A stretch of 45,469 nucleotides of DNA from a virus (Duplodnaviria > Caudoviricetes). Positions 16,579 to 25,334 of this stretch are shown here, piece by piece. The stretch is from the IMG/VR virus record IMGVR_UViG_3300037424_000357, positions 1 through 45,469 of that record; one strand, written 5' to 3'. How positions within the stretch are numbered: the stretch's first letter is position 1; each line of letters opens with the position of its first letter. The translations under genes and the position numbers were made by a program. The notes under the pieces are model-generated. The model worked only from the letters and a program-made list of their open reading frames with translations. It did no database searches and was not told the DNA's origin.

Positions 16579-17787
16579 TTACTTGCTCCTGTATTTGTTC
16601 ACGAGGTCATCAATGGCCGGGCTTGATACTGACGAACCGCTGGTCGCCATATATTGTTTCCAGCCAATGAACGGATCGGGGATTCTTGAAATCTGTTCAC
16701 GGATTGCAGCCGCCTTGTTGGTGACTGACGGATTTGAGGCAACATCGGCAATCACATTGCTGACGGCAATCTGATAGTCGGCATAGCTTTCCATCGTGTT
16801 CGTGATGATTTCGTTTGCACCCGGCTTGTTCCACAGGCTGGGCAGGCTTTCTGCGAATTTCCGCGCGTCAAAGTCAGACGTAGTGCCGGAACCCGGAACC
16901 CGTTGTTTGGGAACAAGGCCCGCAATAATCGCCTGCGCTGCTACGATGTCACTTGCACCTTCCGGCACTAAGCCGGGGGGTAAATATGGAGCAGCCGCAG
17001 CGGCCAATCCGTCAAGAGCGCCGCCCCGACCCTTCATCAAGACCCTGAGTTGTTGTGTGGCCGTTTTGGTCGCCATGGCATTCTGGCCGGTTTCCATCTG
17101 CGATACATAAACGCCAGCAACGCCCTTGGACAATTCCTTGTCAAAGTTTCCGTCACTGCCGCCGATGCTGATGCTGTTAGCGCCGGACTTGCGAATTGCC
17201 TGCTCATATTCCAATGAACTCATTGGCTGGCGTCCGGCTGCCCGTTCGCCCTGGGCATAGTATTCATAGTTTTGAATGTCAGAAGTTGGCTTGGGTGGGG
17301 CCTGCGGCACACTGGCAATTGGCCTTCCCGTTGCATCGAAGCGCTGCTGGCCCTCGCCAAGGGTGAAGCCCTCTGCGCCGCTCTGAGATTGCAACCAGTG
17401 CTTTGCGCCCTCTTCGGGGAAAGCGCGATAAAACTCCTGAACATTTTCCGGCTGGCCATCAATCCACTGCATGATGGCCGCCTTCTTGCGCTCTTTCTCC
17501 CTCTGTTCGTTTTGCTGGTTTTCAAGCTGCTGATAGCCATAGGCGTCTTGCTGATATTGCTGGCCTGCCTGCTGTGCGCCTTGCAGACCGCCTGCCAAGC
17601 TGTTGCCCAGCACTTCGCCGGTCGAGCCCTTGCCGTTTTGAAGCATGGCAATTCCGGCCTGGAGCAAGCCCTGCTTTAGCTGCTGGTTGCGCATCTGCTT
17701 TGGATCGTAGTATTTTCCAAGCAGGCCAGCGGGAGGCTGTGCGCCGAATGTGCCGCCGAAGCCGCCTAATCCGAGAAGTCCGGGCAT
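16579..17787 (-). CDS. DNA ejection protein
   Basis: Gln/Gly-rich N-terminus, TSDIQNYEY motif; position. Confidence 0.7.
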   Translation of the reverse strand: MPGLLGLGGFGGTFGAQPPAGLLGKYYDPKQMRNQQLKQGLLQAGIAMLQNGKGSTGEVLGNSLAGGLQGAQQAGQQYQQDAYGYQQLENQQNEQREKERKKAAIMQWIDGQPENVQEFYRAFPEEGAKHWLQSQSGAEGFTLGEGQQRFDATGRPIASVPQAPPKPTSDIQNYEYYAQGERAAGRQPMSSLEYEQAIRKSGANSISIGGSDGNFDKELSKGVAGVYVSQMETGQNAMATKTATQQLRVLMKGRGGALDGLAAAAAPYLPPGLVPEGASDIVAAQAIIAGLVPKQRVPGSGTTSDFDARKFAESLPSLWNKPGANEIITNTMESYADYQIAVSNVIADVASNPSVTNKAAAIREQISRIPDPFIGWKQYMATSGSSVSSPAIDDLVNKYRSK

Positions 17788-17796
17788 GTGAATCTC

Positions 17797-18540
17797 CTAC
17801 AGGAAAAGGCCAGCCGCGCCCAAGCCAAGGCCGCCTAACTGTGACCATATCGAGGGCTGCTGATAGGGCTGTGTGCTCGTTGTCATGCCGCCATAGTTGC
17901 CGCCGACAAGGCCGGAATACTGCTGCAATTTATTTGCAGGCAAATCCTGGTAATAATTGAACCTGTTAACCGCATCGCCCAATTCATTCTGGGCAAGGTT
18001 CTGTCTCTGCTGGCCTATGCCTTGCAGCGCATTGATGTCTTGCCAGTCTTGGTCAGCAAACATCTTGGAGCGGTTTGCAGCCGCGTCCATCTGGCCAAGG
18101 CCGTATTGCCTCATTTGTGTTGCATAGGGAGCCCATGCTTCCGTCATTCCGCGAGCCGCTGTGTCGGCATGGAGCCCTGATCCGCTGCGCCCTGCACCCA
18201 TGAATTGAGAATTGACGCTTGGCATAATGCGTTGCTGAATGTTGGCAAACATCGCATCTTCATTCGGGTCATTCAGATACTGCCCGCGCAATACATCGCT
18301 GTTGTAGCCTTCAGCCAAATCCATGCCCGCATTGCCCTGCGTGGCGCGTTCCGTGCCCATGCCGAATGCGGAAATCTGTTCGGGTGAAAACCCGGCAACG
18401 GTTGACTGCGGGAAGTATGATGGCCCCGGCGCATTGAACTGCTGCTGGGCTTGGCTCATAACATCCTTGATGAACGGCTGTTGCGCGGCCCATGGCTCGG
18501 TATTGGATGTTGACCTTGCGGTTTCTGTTTTGCTGCCCAT
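17797..18540 (-). CDS. pilot/ejection protein (gp7-like)
   Basis: MGSK...EPWAAQQP; Gln-rich; C-terminal LGGLGLGAAGLFL. Confidence 0.7.
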   Translation of the reverse strand: MGSKTETARSTSNTEPWAAQQPFIKDVMSQAQQQFNAPGPSYFPQSTVAGFSPEQISAFGMGTERATQGNAGMDLAEGYNSDVLRGQYLNDPNEDAMFANIQQRIMPSVNSQFMGAGRSGSGLHADTAARGMTEAWAPYATQMRQYGLGQMDAAANRSKMFADQDWQDINALQGIGQQRQNLAQNELGDAVNRFNYYQDLPANKLQQYSGLVGGNYGGMTTSTQPYQQPSIWSQLGGLGLGAAGLFL

Positions 18541-18541
18541 T

Positions 18542-18946
18542 TCAAAGCGCCTTTTCTAGAACAACGAATTTCGTTTGGTAGCCCTTGGGGGCGAGCACCC
18601 GCGCCCAACCTGGCCTGCATTTTTCGTAGCGCATCGCTACGCAATCATTTGAAAGTGCCCACGCCTCAATCATGCCGAGATCAGTTATCCAATCGTCCAT
18701 GCCAACCCCGCCGATTGAAATGACGTTGCAGATTTTTCTTCCGGCAAGAATGACGTTTTCGGTTACGCAGGCGGCGACAATCTTCTCATTTGTCTTGGCG
18801 ACCCAAAGCGCACATTCGCGCCGCATCAGGCGGGCGAACAGGTCTTCCATGTCGCCGCCTTCCATAAGGCCGCTATGAATGAACTTGGCGACTTGCGGCC
18901 ATGTTTGCGGGACTTCGCGGCTATGAATGCCGGTAATGAGGGTCAT
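18542..18946 (-). CDS. GNAT-like tail-region protein
   Basis: ACVTE...IGG.GMDDW...IEAWA...C...RPGWARVL. Confidence 0.65.
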   Translation of the reverse strand: MTLITGIHSREVPQTWPQVAKFIHSGLMEGGDMEDLFARLMRRECALWVAKTNEKIVAACVTENVILAGRKICNVISIGGVGMDDWITDLGMIEAWALSNDCVAMRYEKCRPGWARVLAPKGYQTKFVVLEKAL

Positions 18947-19299
18947 CCTAGCGCGGCGAACTGGAAGGTCTTATCTGCGTTTGCATTGTTCGGGTGCGTG
19001 ATAGTCCATGAGTCGGTCCCGCGATTGGCCGTCAACACGTACATGCCCCCGCCATAAAGATCGGCGGCGGCATTGGCCGTGCGTGGGTCAAAGATCACAA
19101 CCGACTGATTAGAGAGCCCCTTGCGGTTTAGAACGGTTGTCGCCTCACCGGCCCTGAGAGTGATTTCCCCCGTGCATTCAATTTTCCCGAGCCGCATACT
19201 ATGCAGTGCGTCCCAAAGCCGCCTTGTGTAGGAATTAACGTCGCTGAAATTCGAGAAGGTTCTGGGCTGCGGAAGGTGAAAAAACGGATGTATTGTCAT
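18943..19299 (-). CDS. tail-associated structural protein
   Basis: TGEITL...PRTANAA...TITH; position. Confidence 0.6.
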   Translation of the reverse strand: MTIHPFFHLPQPRTFSNFSDVNSYTRRLWDALHSMRLGKIECTGEITLRAGEATTVLNRKGLSNQSVVIFDPRTANAAADLYGGGMYVLTANRGTDSWTITHPNNANADKTFQFAALG

Positions 19300-19397
19300 T
19301 TAACCCAAACTCTGCTATGGTTTTTATGCTGTGACGGGGTACAGGCAAGCATGACCGAACCAGACGTGGCCAGGATGCCCCTTGCACGTCACAGCGC

Positions 19398-19745
19398 TCA
19401 CGGATTAGCCAGCGCTTCACCCGGCGCTTCCTTGGCGAGTGCTTTCAGCAGTTCAGGCAAATTTCTCTTGCGTTCGTCTTCTTTGGCTTTCAGCGCTTCG
19501 CCACGCCTTTTGACATCGGCAATCTGTTCCGCCGTATAGCCCCATACTGGAACGCCAACAGCGGCAAGGGCCTGACGCCATGCGTCGAAAGCTATTCCAT
19601 TTGTCTCATTGAGCGGAATATCAAGCCCAGTCTGGGCATTCAGAAACCCGTGCAAGTCATCGCTTGTGATATTCTCATCAAGTGATTGGAAATGAGCCCG
19701 CATCATCGGGAGGATTTGGCGGCGGTCCCGCTTAACGTCCATCAT
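19398..19745 (-). CDS. hypothetical protein
   Basis: Coupled ORF. Confidence 0.6.
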   Translation of the reverse strand: MMDVKRDRRQILPMMRAHFQSLDENITSDDLHGFLNAQTGLDIPLNETNGIAFDAWRQALAAVGVPVWGYTAEQIADVKRRGEALKAKEDERKRNLPELLKALAKEAPGEALANP

Positions 19746-21745
19746 GCGGCAATTCTTCCTGTGCTGAGCAGTTTAAGAATTTCCTGCTGACGGGCTGGGC
19801 TTGCCGTTCTAAATTCCTGAAGCAATGCCTGGTGCTCGTTCGCGCCCTGCCCCGCTCCTGCTGTTGCCGGGAATAGTCCTGGAGCGGGCGCGGATGGCTG
19901 CCATATCGGCCCGCCTGCGCCGGTAGGCGGATTTGCCCAGCCTTGCGTATATTGCGGATAGAACCATTGGGCTGGGGGCGGGGCTGCCGGCGCGGCGGGG
20001 CTTGTGGGGGTTACGGGGGCCGATGGAGACGGTGGCGGTGCGCCCGGAACGCCGGTTCCACGTCCGCCCATCACATCGCCAGCAGCGCCTGTTCTTGATG
20101 GATCGCCGCGTTTGTTGGCCAAGCCCTCGCCACCGGGCAGGAAGTTCATGATCCCCACTGCCATCTGGGCAAGTTTACCGGCCCGTTCAAAGCCGCCGTA
20201 TTTGGCAACCTGTTCCTGTGTCGGCTGGACGAGGTTTTGATCGACATAGTTGACGGCTTCCGCGCCTTTTTGATAAAGGCTGTCCCAGAAGCCCGCGCCC
20301 TGTTCCGGGGCTGGCGGCTGTGGCGTGGGAGGGGCTACGGCTGGGCTGATGCTTGCCGTTTGCGTTGGGGGGCTGGCGGCTGGCGGCTGTGCCCTGAGTG
20401 AGGCCACCTGTCCGGCTGTCGGTTCTGCGTTGCCAAAGACATGATCACCAAGCGGGGAAAACCCCGGGCCGCCCCATTTCGGATTGGAAACTTGGGGGTT
20501 GTAAAAATGCGTTGCATTCTTGATCGCCGCTGGCTGCGTGGTATTGAACAGGCTGTTGGTCGACGCCGCACCTGCCATTGAAGCGATGCCCTCACCAAGG
20601 GCGTCCGTGCCAAGCTGGGCTCCCTGGAACGCGCTGTTGGGCGTGGTTCCCTTCCTCATGCCGGTGGCATCGTATTGCCCCATGAGGGAGTTTATGTCGC
20701 CGCCGCCCATATAGCCGTATTTGTCTGGGTCAGATGCGGCCAAAGACATGCGATTGAGCATGGTATTGCCTACCGCTGTTTGCCCCATTGGGCCTTGATT
20801 GCCAGCTTCGCCAGCAATGGTCTGTGACAGCTTTTGCAAGTCGGACGGGCTCATGGGAAACCCACCTTCAGACATGGCCCCTGCAAGGGTTCCTATGGTG
20901 CGCTGCTGTGATAATGGGCTAGCCCCCGGCATAACGCCAGCCACGGAACCCGGGCCTCTTGAAACAGCCAACGCCCGTCTTTCCAGCGCGGCTTGGTCTT
21001 GCGCTGCTTGCGACGGAGAAACCAGCCCGTCAATCCCTGTTGGCGCATAGCCCGGGTTTAATTTATCTTCATCCGTCTTGTCGTTGAAGGCATTTTGAAA
21101 CATGAAGTCCGTTTGTCGTGTTTGACTGGGCAGAGCGTTTGGAAGGTAGCCCTGCAATGTGCCGGGGCCACGGCTTATGGCGGCAACCCGCGCCTGTGTC
21201 GGGGTGATGCCCATATTCAGCCCCTGTTGCTGCGGTGCCATCTGATTGACATTCGGCGGGCTGCGGTATTTCGAGTATTGGTCTGCCATATAGGCATTGC
21301 GCGTCAGGTCTTCGGCTGGTTCCTGCGGACTGCGGTACTGGCTGTATTGGTCCTTGAGCATTGCCGAACGGGCGCGATCCTGCGCCTTTTGCATCAGCGG
21401 GCTCACCTGATTGACAACGGAGCCAAGCAGGTTCGTGTTTATGCCGCCGAACATGCCGCCCGGTGAGGTCGGATAGCTGGTTTTGGTTCCGCTAAGAAGG
21501 CCTTTGGACGACGGGCCAAAACTGTTCATTGATCCCTGTGAGTTGGTCTTGACCTTGTTCGTATTTATCCCGCCGAAAAAGCTGCTGTTATTATTGTTGG
21601 ACGAACCAAAGCTGTTTGAACTGCTCTTTGAGCTGGTCTTGACCGTTGATGTGTTGATTCCGCCAAAGCTGTTTGATTTGGCTTTGCTGGCGTTCATGCT
21701 GGCCTGGTTAGCGGCCTTCTGTTTTGAACTTGGAGGTGCGGGCAT
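19742..21745 (-). CDS. low-complexity virion protein with SleB/Hydrolase_2 cell-wall hydrolase domain
   Basis: TIAGEAGNQG...AVGNTMLNR...ATHFYNP...PKW...GDHVFG at about 20430-20830. Confidence 0.78.
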   Translation of the reverse strand: MPAPPSSKQKAANQASMNASKAKSNSFGGINTSTVKTSSKSSSNSFGSSNNNNSSFFGGINTNKVKTNSQGSMNSFGPSSKGLLSGTKTSYPTSPGGMFGGINTNLLGSVVNQVSPLMQKAQDRARSAMLKDQYSQYRSPQEPAEDLTRNAYMADQYSKYRSPPNVNQMAPQQQGLNMGITPTQARVAAISRGPGTLQGYLPNALPSQTRQTDFMFQNAFNDKTDEDKLNPGYAPTGIDGLVSPSQAAQDQAALERRALAVSRGPGSVAGVMPGASPLSQQRTIGTLAGAMSEGGFPMSPSDLQKLSQTIAGEAGNQGPMGQTAVGNTMLNRMSLAASDPDKYGYMGGGDINSLMGQYDATGMRKGTTPNSAFQGAQLGTDALGEGIASMAGAASTNSLFNTTQPAAIKNATHFYNPQVSNPKWGGPGFSPLGDHVFGNAEPTAGQVASLRAQPPAASPPTQTASISPAVAPPTPQPPAPEQGAGFWDSLYQKGAEAVNYVDQNLVQPTQEQVAKYGGFERAGKLAQMAVGIMNFLPGGEGLANKRGDPSRTGAAGDVMGGRGTGVPGAPPPSPSAPVTPTSPAAPAAPPPAQWFYPQYTQGWANPPTGAGGPIWQPSAPAPGLFPATAGAGQGANEHQALLQEFRTASPARQQEILKLLSTGRIAA

Positions 21746-23247
21746 TATCTTGACCCCATGGCTTTGAATTTTATGTCGTCAAGGCCCGTGGCATGAACCC
21801 ACGTATCGCCTGCTGGAATTGTCATGACCGCCCGGTGATAGCGGGCCTTGCGGCGCACGTTGCAAACCCCGTTGGAATTCGCCGCTACGGTGCTGCCCGT
21901 GCTGTGCGCGTCCTGCAAACGGTCGCGGTATTTAATGGCAACTGAAGGTGTTACGCTTGAGCCCTCAACCATTGGCCGCAGGCTTTGCAACAGGGATTTC
22001 TTGCCTGGAACAAGCTGTGTGTCGCTCGTCTCAATCGTCGCGGCAAGGCTTGTGCCGGTATAGAAGCCCTGTTCATGATCGGTGTTAAAGGCGGCGGGAA
22101 GCAAGTGGCCTTGGCCCGCCCAAAATGAACTGTCAACGGGGTATGGAAGGCCGTCAATCGTTCCTGACGCCGCGTCCATTCCGTCAATTGTGTATGTAGT
22201 CTGCGTTGCCGCGATGTAGATAATCTCATGTTCATGGGCAATTTTTGACCATTGCCCGGTGGGCCAGTGATAGGCCCAGATGGAGTCGGGCGTTCCCGAT
22301 GATGCGCTCCCCGAAGGAAAGCCGATGAGATAGAGTTTCCGCACTGGATCAATTGCGCTTGAAACCCTGTGCCGGTAATTCGCATCGAGTGTGTCGGCAA
22401 ACTCAAGATCAACCTTGCCGTCGCCTATCGGGATGATTTCCGAGCCGCCACGGATCATATAAAACCCGTCGGGGGCTTTCCAGAAAATCAGATTTTCATA
22501 AGCCGCTATGGAGCGCTCCAGATCGCAGCCAAGGAAGTTTGCAATCTTGTCGAAACGGAACGCGGTGGGCGGGCCTTCAAAGGCCATGCGCCAGATGCCG
22601 CGCTCAAGAAGCACAATGCCGAACTCACCCCCGACAAAGCCCATAATCTGCCCGCCGTCCTGGAAATCCTGGGAATCCGAAAGCGTCGTGGCGCTTGCCG
22701 CCCAATCGGCAATATCGCTGATTGCGGACCAGGTAAGACGGTGACGGGCTGTGCTGTGACGGGCCAGAACGCCGAATTCACGAATGACCCCAAAGAATGA
22801 CGCGGTGGGGGGCGATCCGGCAAGCAGGGCGAAAGCGGCACTTACGTCCATCTGGTAGTATTGCGGAACGTCAACGCCGTCAGTGGCAATCACATAGTCA
22901 CCAAAGCTCCCGAAGTCCCACCAGCCGTCAGATGCTACCGCATAATCACCGCCAGCCGCCCTTGATATGTCGGTCCATGACAGGCCGTCACTGGCTTCAA
23001 GATAGAGGTTGGTTACATCGCCGCAGAAATTGAAAATCGTGCCCTGCAAGCCGCGTGTGGTAAATGCGCCCTGCGCCCGTGCCGTTATGGCCGAAGTCAC
23101 ATTGAAGAATGACGGAAATGGCCGAGGGCCGGTAACGCTTGGCACGACATTGTTAACGTCTTGGCACCTTATAAAGCCGGTGGCCTTAATTTCGCCAATT
23201 GATTGAAATACCGCCTTGTCGGGCTCCCAAGGGCCAAAGTTGATCAT
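21745..23247 (-). CDS. tail nozzle/stabilisation protein (P22 gp10-like)
   Basis: FGPWEPD start, beta-rich, WSAISD; follows the adaptor. Confidence 0.72.
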   Translation of the reverse strand: MINFGPWEPDKAVFQSIGEIKATGFIRCQDVNNVVPSVTGPRPFPSFFNVTSAITARAQGAFTTRGLQGTIFNFCGDVTNLYLEASDGLSWTDISRAAGGDYAVASDGWWDFGSFGDYVIATDGVDVPQYYQMDVSAAFALLAGSPPTASFFGVIREFGVLARHSTARHRLTWSAISDIADWAASATTLSDSQDFQDGGQIMGFVGGEFGIVLLERGIWRMAFEGPPTAFRFDKIANFLGCDLERSIAAYENLIFWKAPDGFYMIRGGSEIIPIGDGKVDLEFADTLDANYRHRVSSAIDPVRKLYLIGFPSGSASSGTPDSIWAYHWPTGQWSKIAHEHEIIYIAATQTTYTIDGMDAASGTIDGLPYPVDSSFWAGQGHLLPAAFNTDHEQGFYTGTSLAATIETSDTQLVPGKKSLLQSLRPMVEGSSVTPSVAIKYRDRLQDAHSTGSTVAANSNGVCNVRRKARYHRAVMTIPAGDTWVHATGLDDIKFKAMGSR

Positions 23248-24161
23248 ACAACCATTGCAGGCCGCATGATAAGCGGGCCAGCTCCATATCTGTCTGATTT
23301 GTCGCTGCGTGAAACGCCCTTGCAGGCCGCGCTATAGTTGGTATGCCACTTGAGAGCGCCTTCATCATCGCCGAGATAAAGTGCGGCCTCAAGCAATGCG
23401 CCGTAGAGATAAACGCTGGGGGCGCGGCGGAATAGCTCATTCAGTTCAGTCGAGAGCGCGGCGAATCTGCGGTAATAGATACCCTGAATAAACCGTGTGC
23501 TGTCGGGTGGCGAAATAAACCGTATGCAATCTTCTTCGATAGTATAGCCACGCACTGTGCCGGATGAATTCCGCCCTTCCATGCCGTTCATCGCCCCGCC
23601 GGAAATGAACTCAAGCTGGCGGTCTTTGGTCGCGTTGTCATAGATGCTTTTGAAGCCAAGATACCGGGTAGGCAGTGGGGCCGAGCCGATCCCCGGCATT
23701 CGCTTGTAATAGGTGCCGTCGTGGTAGACGGCATACTGTGCGCCAAGAGTAATGTCCGCCGCTTCCAGCGCGTCATTGTTGACGCCCTTGCGGATGGCCA
23801 CAGCGCTGCCACCGGTAGGCTGCAAGGTCATGGCCCCCGTGTTAGTGAAACCGGCAACGAAATTAAGGCCAAGGCCAAGGGCTACCGTAGGTGCCGTCAT
23901 GGTCAAGGTCTGCGCATCGGCGCTGCCGCCTGATGTGCCGCCGTCCTGACCCGCCTCAAGCCTGATAGTGAACGCCTGTTCCATCGCCCGGATACGGAGC
24001 GCCGGGGAATAGAACTGTTGCCCCGGCTCGCCATAGCCGTAATGAATGCGCTGCTCTGCAAGAGTGACCCATTCGTCGTCACGATCCGTAACTATCGAGG
24101 TTGTGTCATCCTCATAGTTCTGGACAGCCGACAATAGTTCAGCGTAGGTGGAAATCGCCAA
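23244..24161 (-). CDS. head-tail adaptor protein with inserted domain
   Basis: MAISTYAELLSAV...LAEQRI...LRIRAM...YLYGALLEAA.YL.DD; TTG start after aggag. Confidence 0.75.
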   Translation of the reverse strand: MAISTYAELLSAVQNYEDDTTSIVTDRDDEWVTLAEQRIHYGYGEPGQQFYSPALRIRAMEQAFTIRLEAGQDGGTSGGSADAQTLTMTAPTVALGLGLNFVAGFTNTGAMTLQPTGGSAVAIRKGVNNDALEAADITLGAQYAVYHDGTYYKRMPGIGSAPLPTRYLGFKSIYDNATKDRQLEFISGGAMNGMEGRNSSGTVRGYTIEEDCIRFISPPDSTRFIQGIYYRRFAALSTELNELFRRAPSVYLYGALLEAALYLGDDEGALKWHTNYSAACKGVSRSDKSDRYGAGPLIMRPAMVV

Positions 24162-24259
24162 GGCAATTCTCCTGAATTGGGGGTTTGGGCAGGCCGCCGG
24201 TTAAGACAAGCCCGCCCGCCCCTAAGCGCTACACAGTGGAGGAGCCGGAGCGCGAACTC

Positions 24260-25003
24260 TTAGCGTTCACGCCAGAAGTGGATATAGTCCACGGTCAGCA
24301 CTTCAGCCCCCGTGGCCCCGGCCTGTACGCCGAAGCTCATGGTCAATTCAACTGCGGTCGGCGTTGCGGTAATTGAACCGCCGACAACATCGTCGATGGC
24401 ATAGGTGATGGTTGTGGCACCGTCATAGTAAAAGGCCAGTTTCACATAAGTGCTGGCAACCATTGTATGAACGCCGGTCGATGCGGTATCAGCGCTGCCC
24501 GACATGCTGTGAAAATCAAGCAGCGCATCGCCATCGTCTTTTTGGAAGTACACGCCATCCGCAACGGCAAGCGGCGTGGTATCGCGGACCTGCAAGCCCA
24601 CGACAAAGTCCGATTGCGTGATTTCACCGATATGGAGCCGCGTCTCGAAATACGCTTCTTTGCCGGAAGCGAAAGTAAATATCTCGCCGACCGATTGCAA
24701 ATGCGCCGCATCGTCTTCCGTGGTGAGCGTGGTCAGAACCAGTTCGCCGCCGTTGGCATCGGCAAGGGCCTGTGTCGAGTCGCTGACTTCGGTAACAACC
24801 CAATCGCCGGCGGTGTATTTGAAGAAGTCGTCAAACCACTGATAGTCACGCTGTGGCACGGGCATTGTGAGCTTATCGCGCCCGCGCATCCAGTGGCTGT
24901 TGGGCAGGTTGTTAAACCCGTCGGGGAAGGCTTGTGTCGTGGCATAGGCAACGCCTGTGGCCATAACGAGTGCGGCGCTTGCCGCAAGTAAGCGTTTTTT
25001 CAT
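24260..25003 (-). CDS. beta-sandwich (lectin-like) structural protein with signal peptide
   Basis: MKKRLLAASAALVMATGVAYA; WFDDFFKYTAGDW...LTVDYI. Confidence 0.7.
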   Translation of the reverse strand: MKKRLLAASAALVMATGVAYATTQAFPDGFNNLPNSHWMRGRDKLTMPVPQRDYQWFDDFFKYTAGDWVVTEVSDSTQALADANGGELVLTTLTTEDDAAHLQSVGEIFTFASGKEAYFETRLHIGEITQSDFVVGLQVRDTTPLAVADGVYFQKDDGDALLDFHSMSGSADTASTGVHTMVASTYVKLAFYYDGATTITYAIDDVVGGSITATPTAVELTMSFGVQAGATGAEVLTVDYIHFWRER

Positions 25004-25004
25004 G

Positions 25005-25322
25005 TCAGTAATTCTCCACAGGAGTTATGTTAAGGGCCACATCGGCGGAGCCGAAGCGGATATGCGCGATGTGTGAGTAGCCGGAAACGTCCAGAATGAG
25101 CGGCTGCTCTTTCGAGACGGGAATTCCGGTGCTTGAGGTAATAACCGTGCTGCCGTTTTGAACCGGCAACACGGCAGCGGTTTCCGATGCGGTCAAGGCC
25201 CGCACCGAAACCATTTTTGCTTTGACGCCAGCGCTGTCATTGGGGATGGTGGTGGTTGAAGATGCCGCCCCCGCCGTAGCCCTGACGCCTGCTGCAATCT
25301 TTAGGTGGGGATAGGAGCGCAT
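25005..25322 (-). CDS. small beta-rich structural protein
   Basis: Located in the head-decoration region. Confidence 0.6.
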   Translation of the reverse strand: MRSYPHLKIAAGVRATAGAASSTTTIPNDSAGVKAKMVSVRALTASETAAVLPVQNGSTVITSSTGIPVSKEQPLILDVSGYSHIAHIRFGSADVALNITPVENY

Positions 25323-25334
25323 GTTCATCTATCC

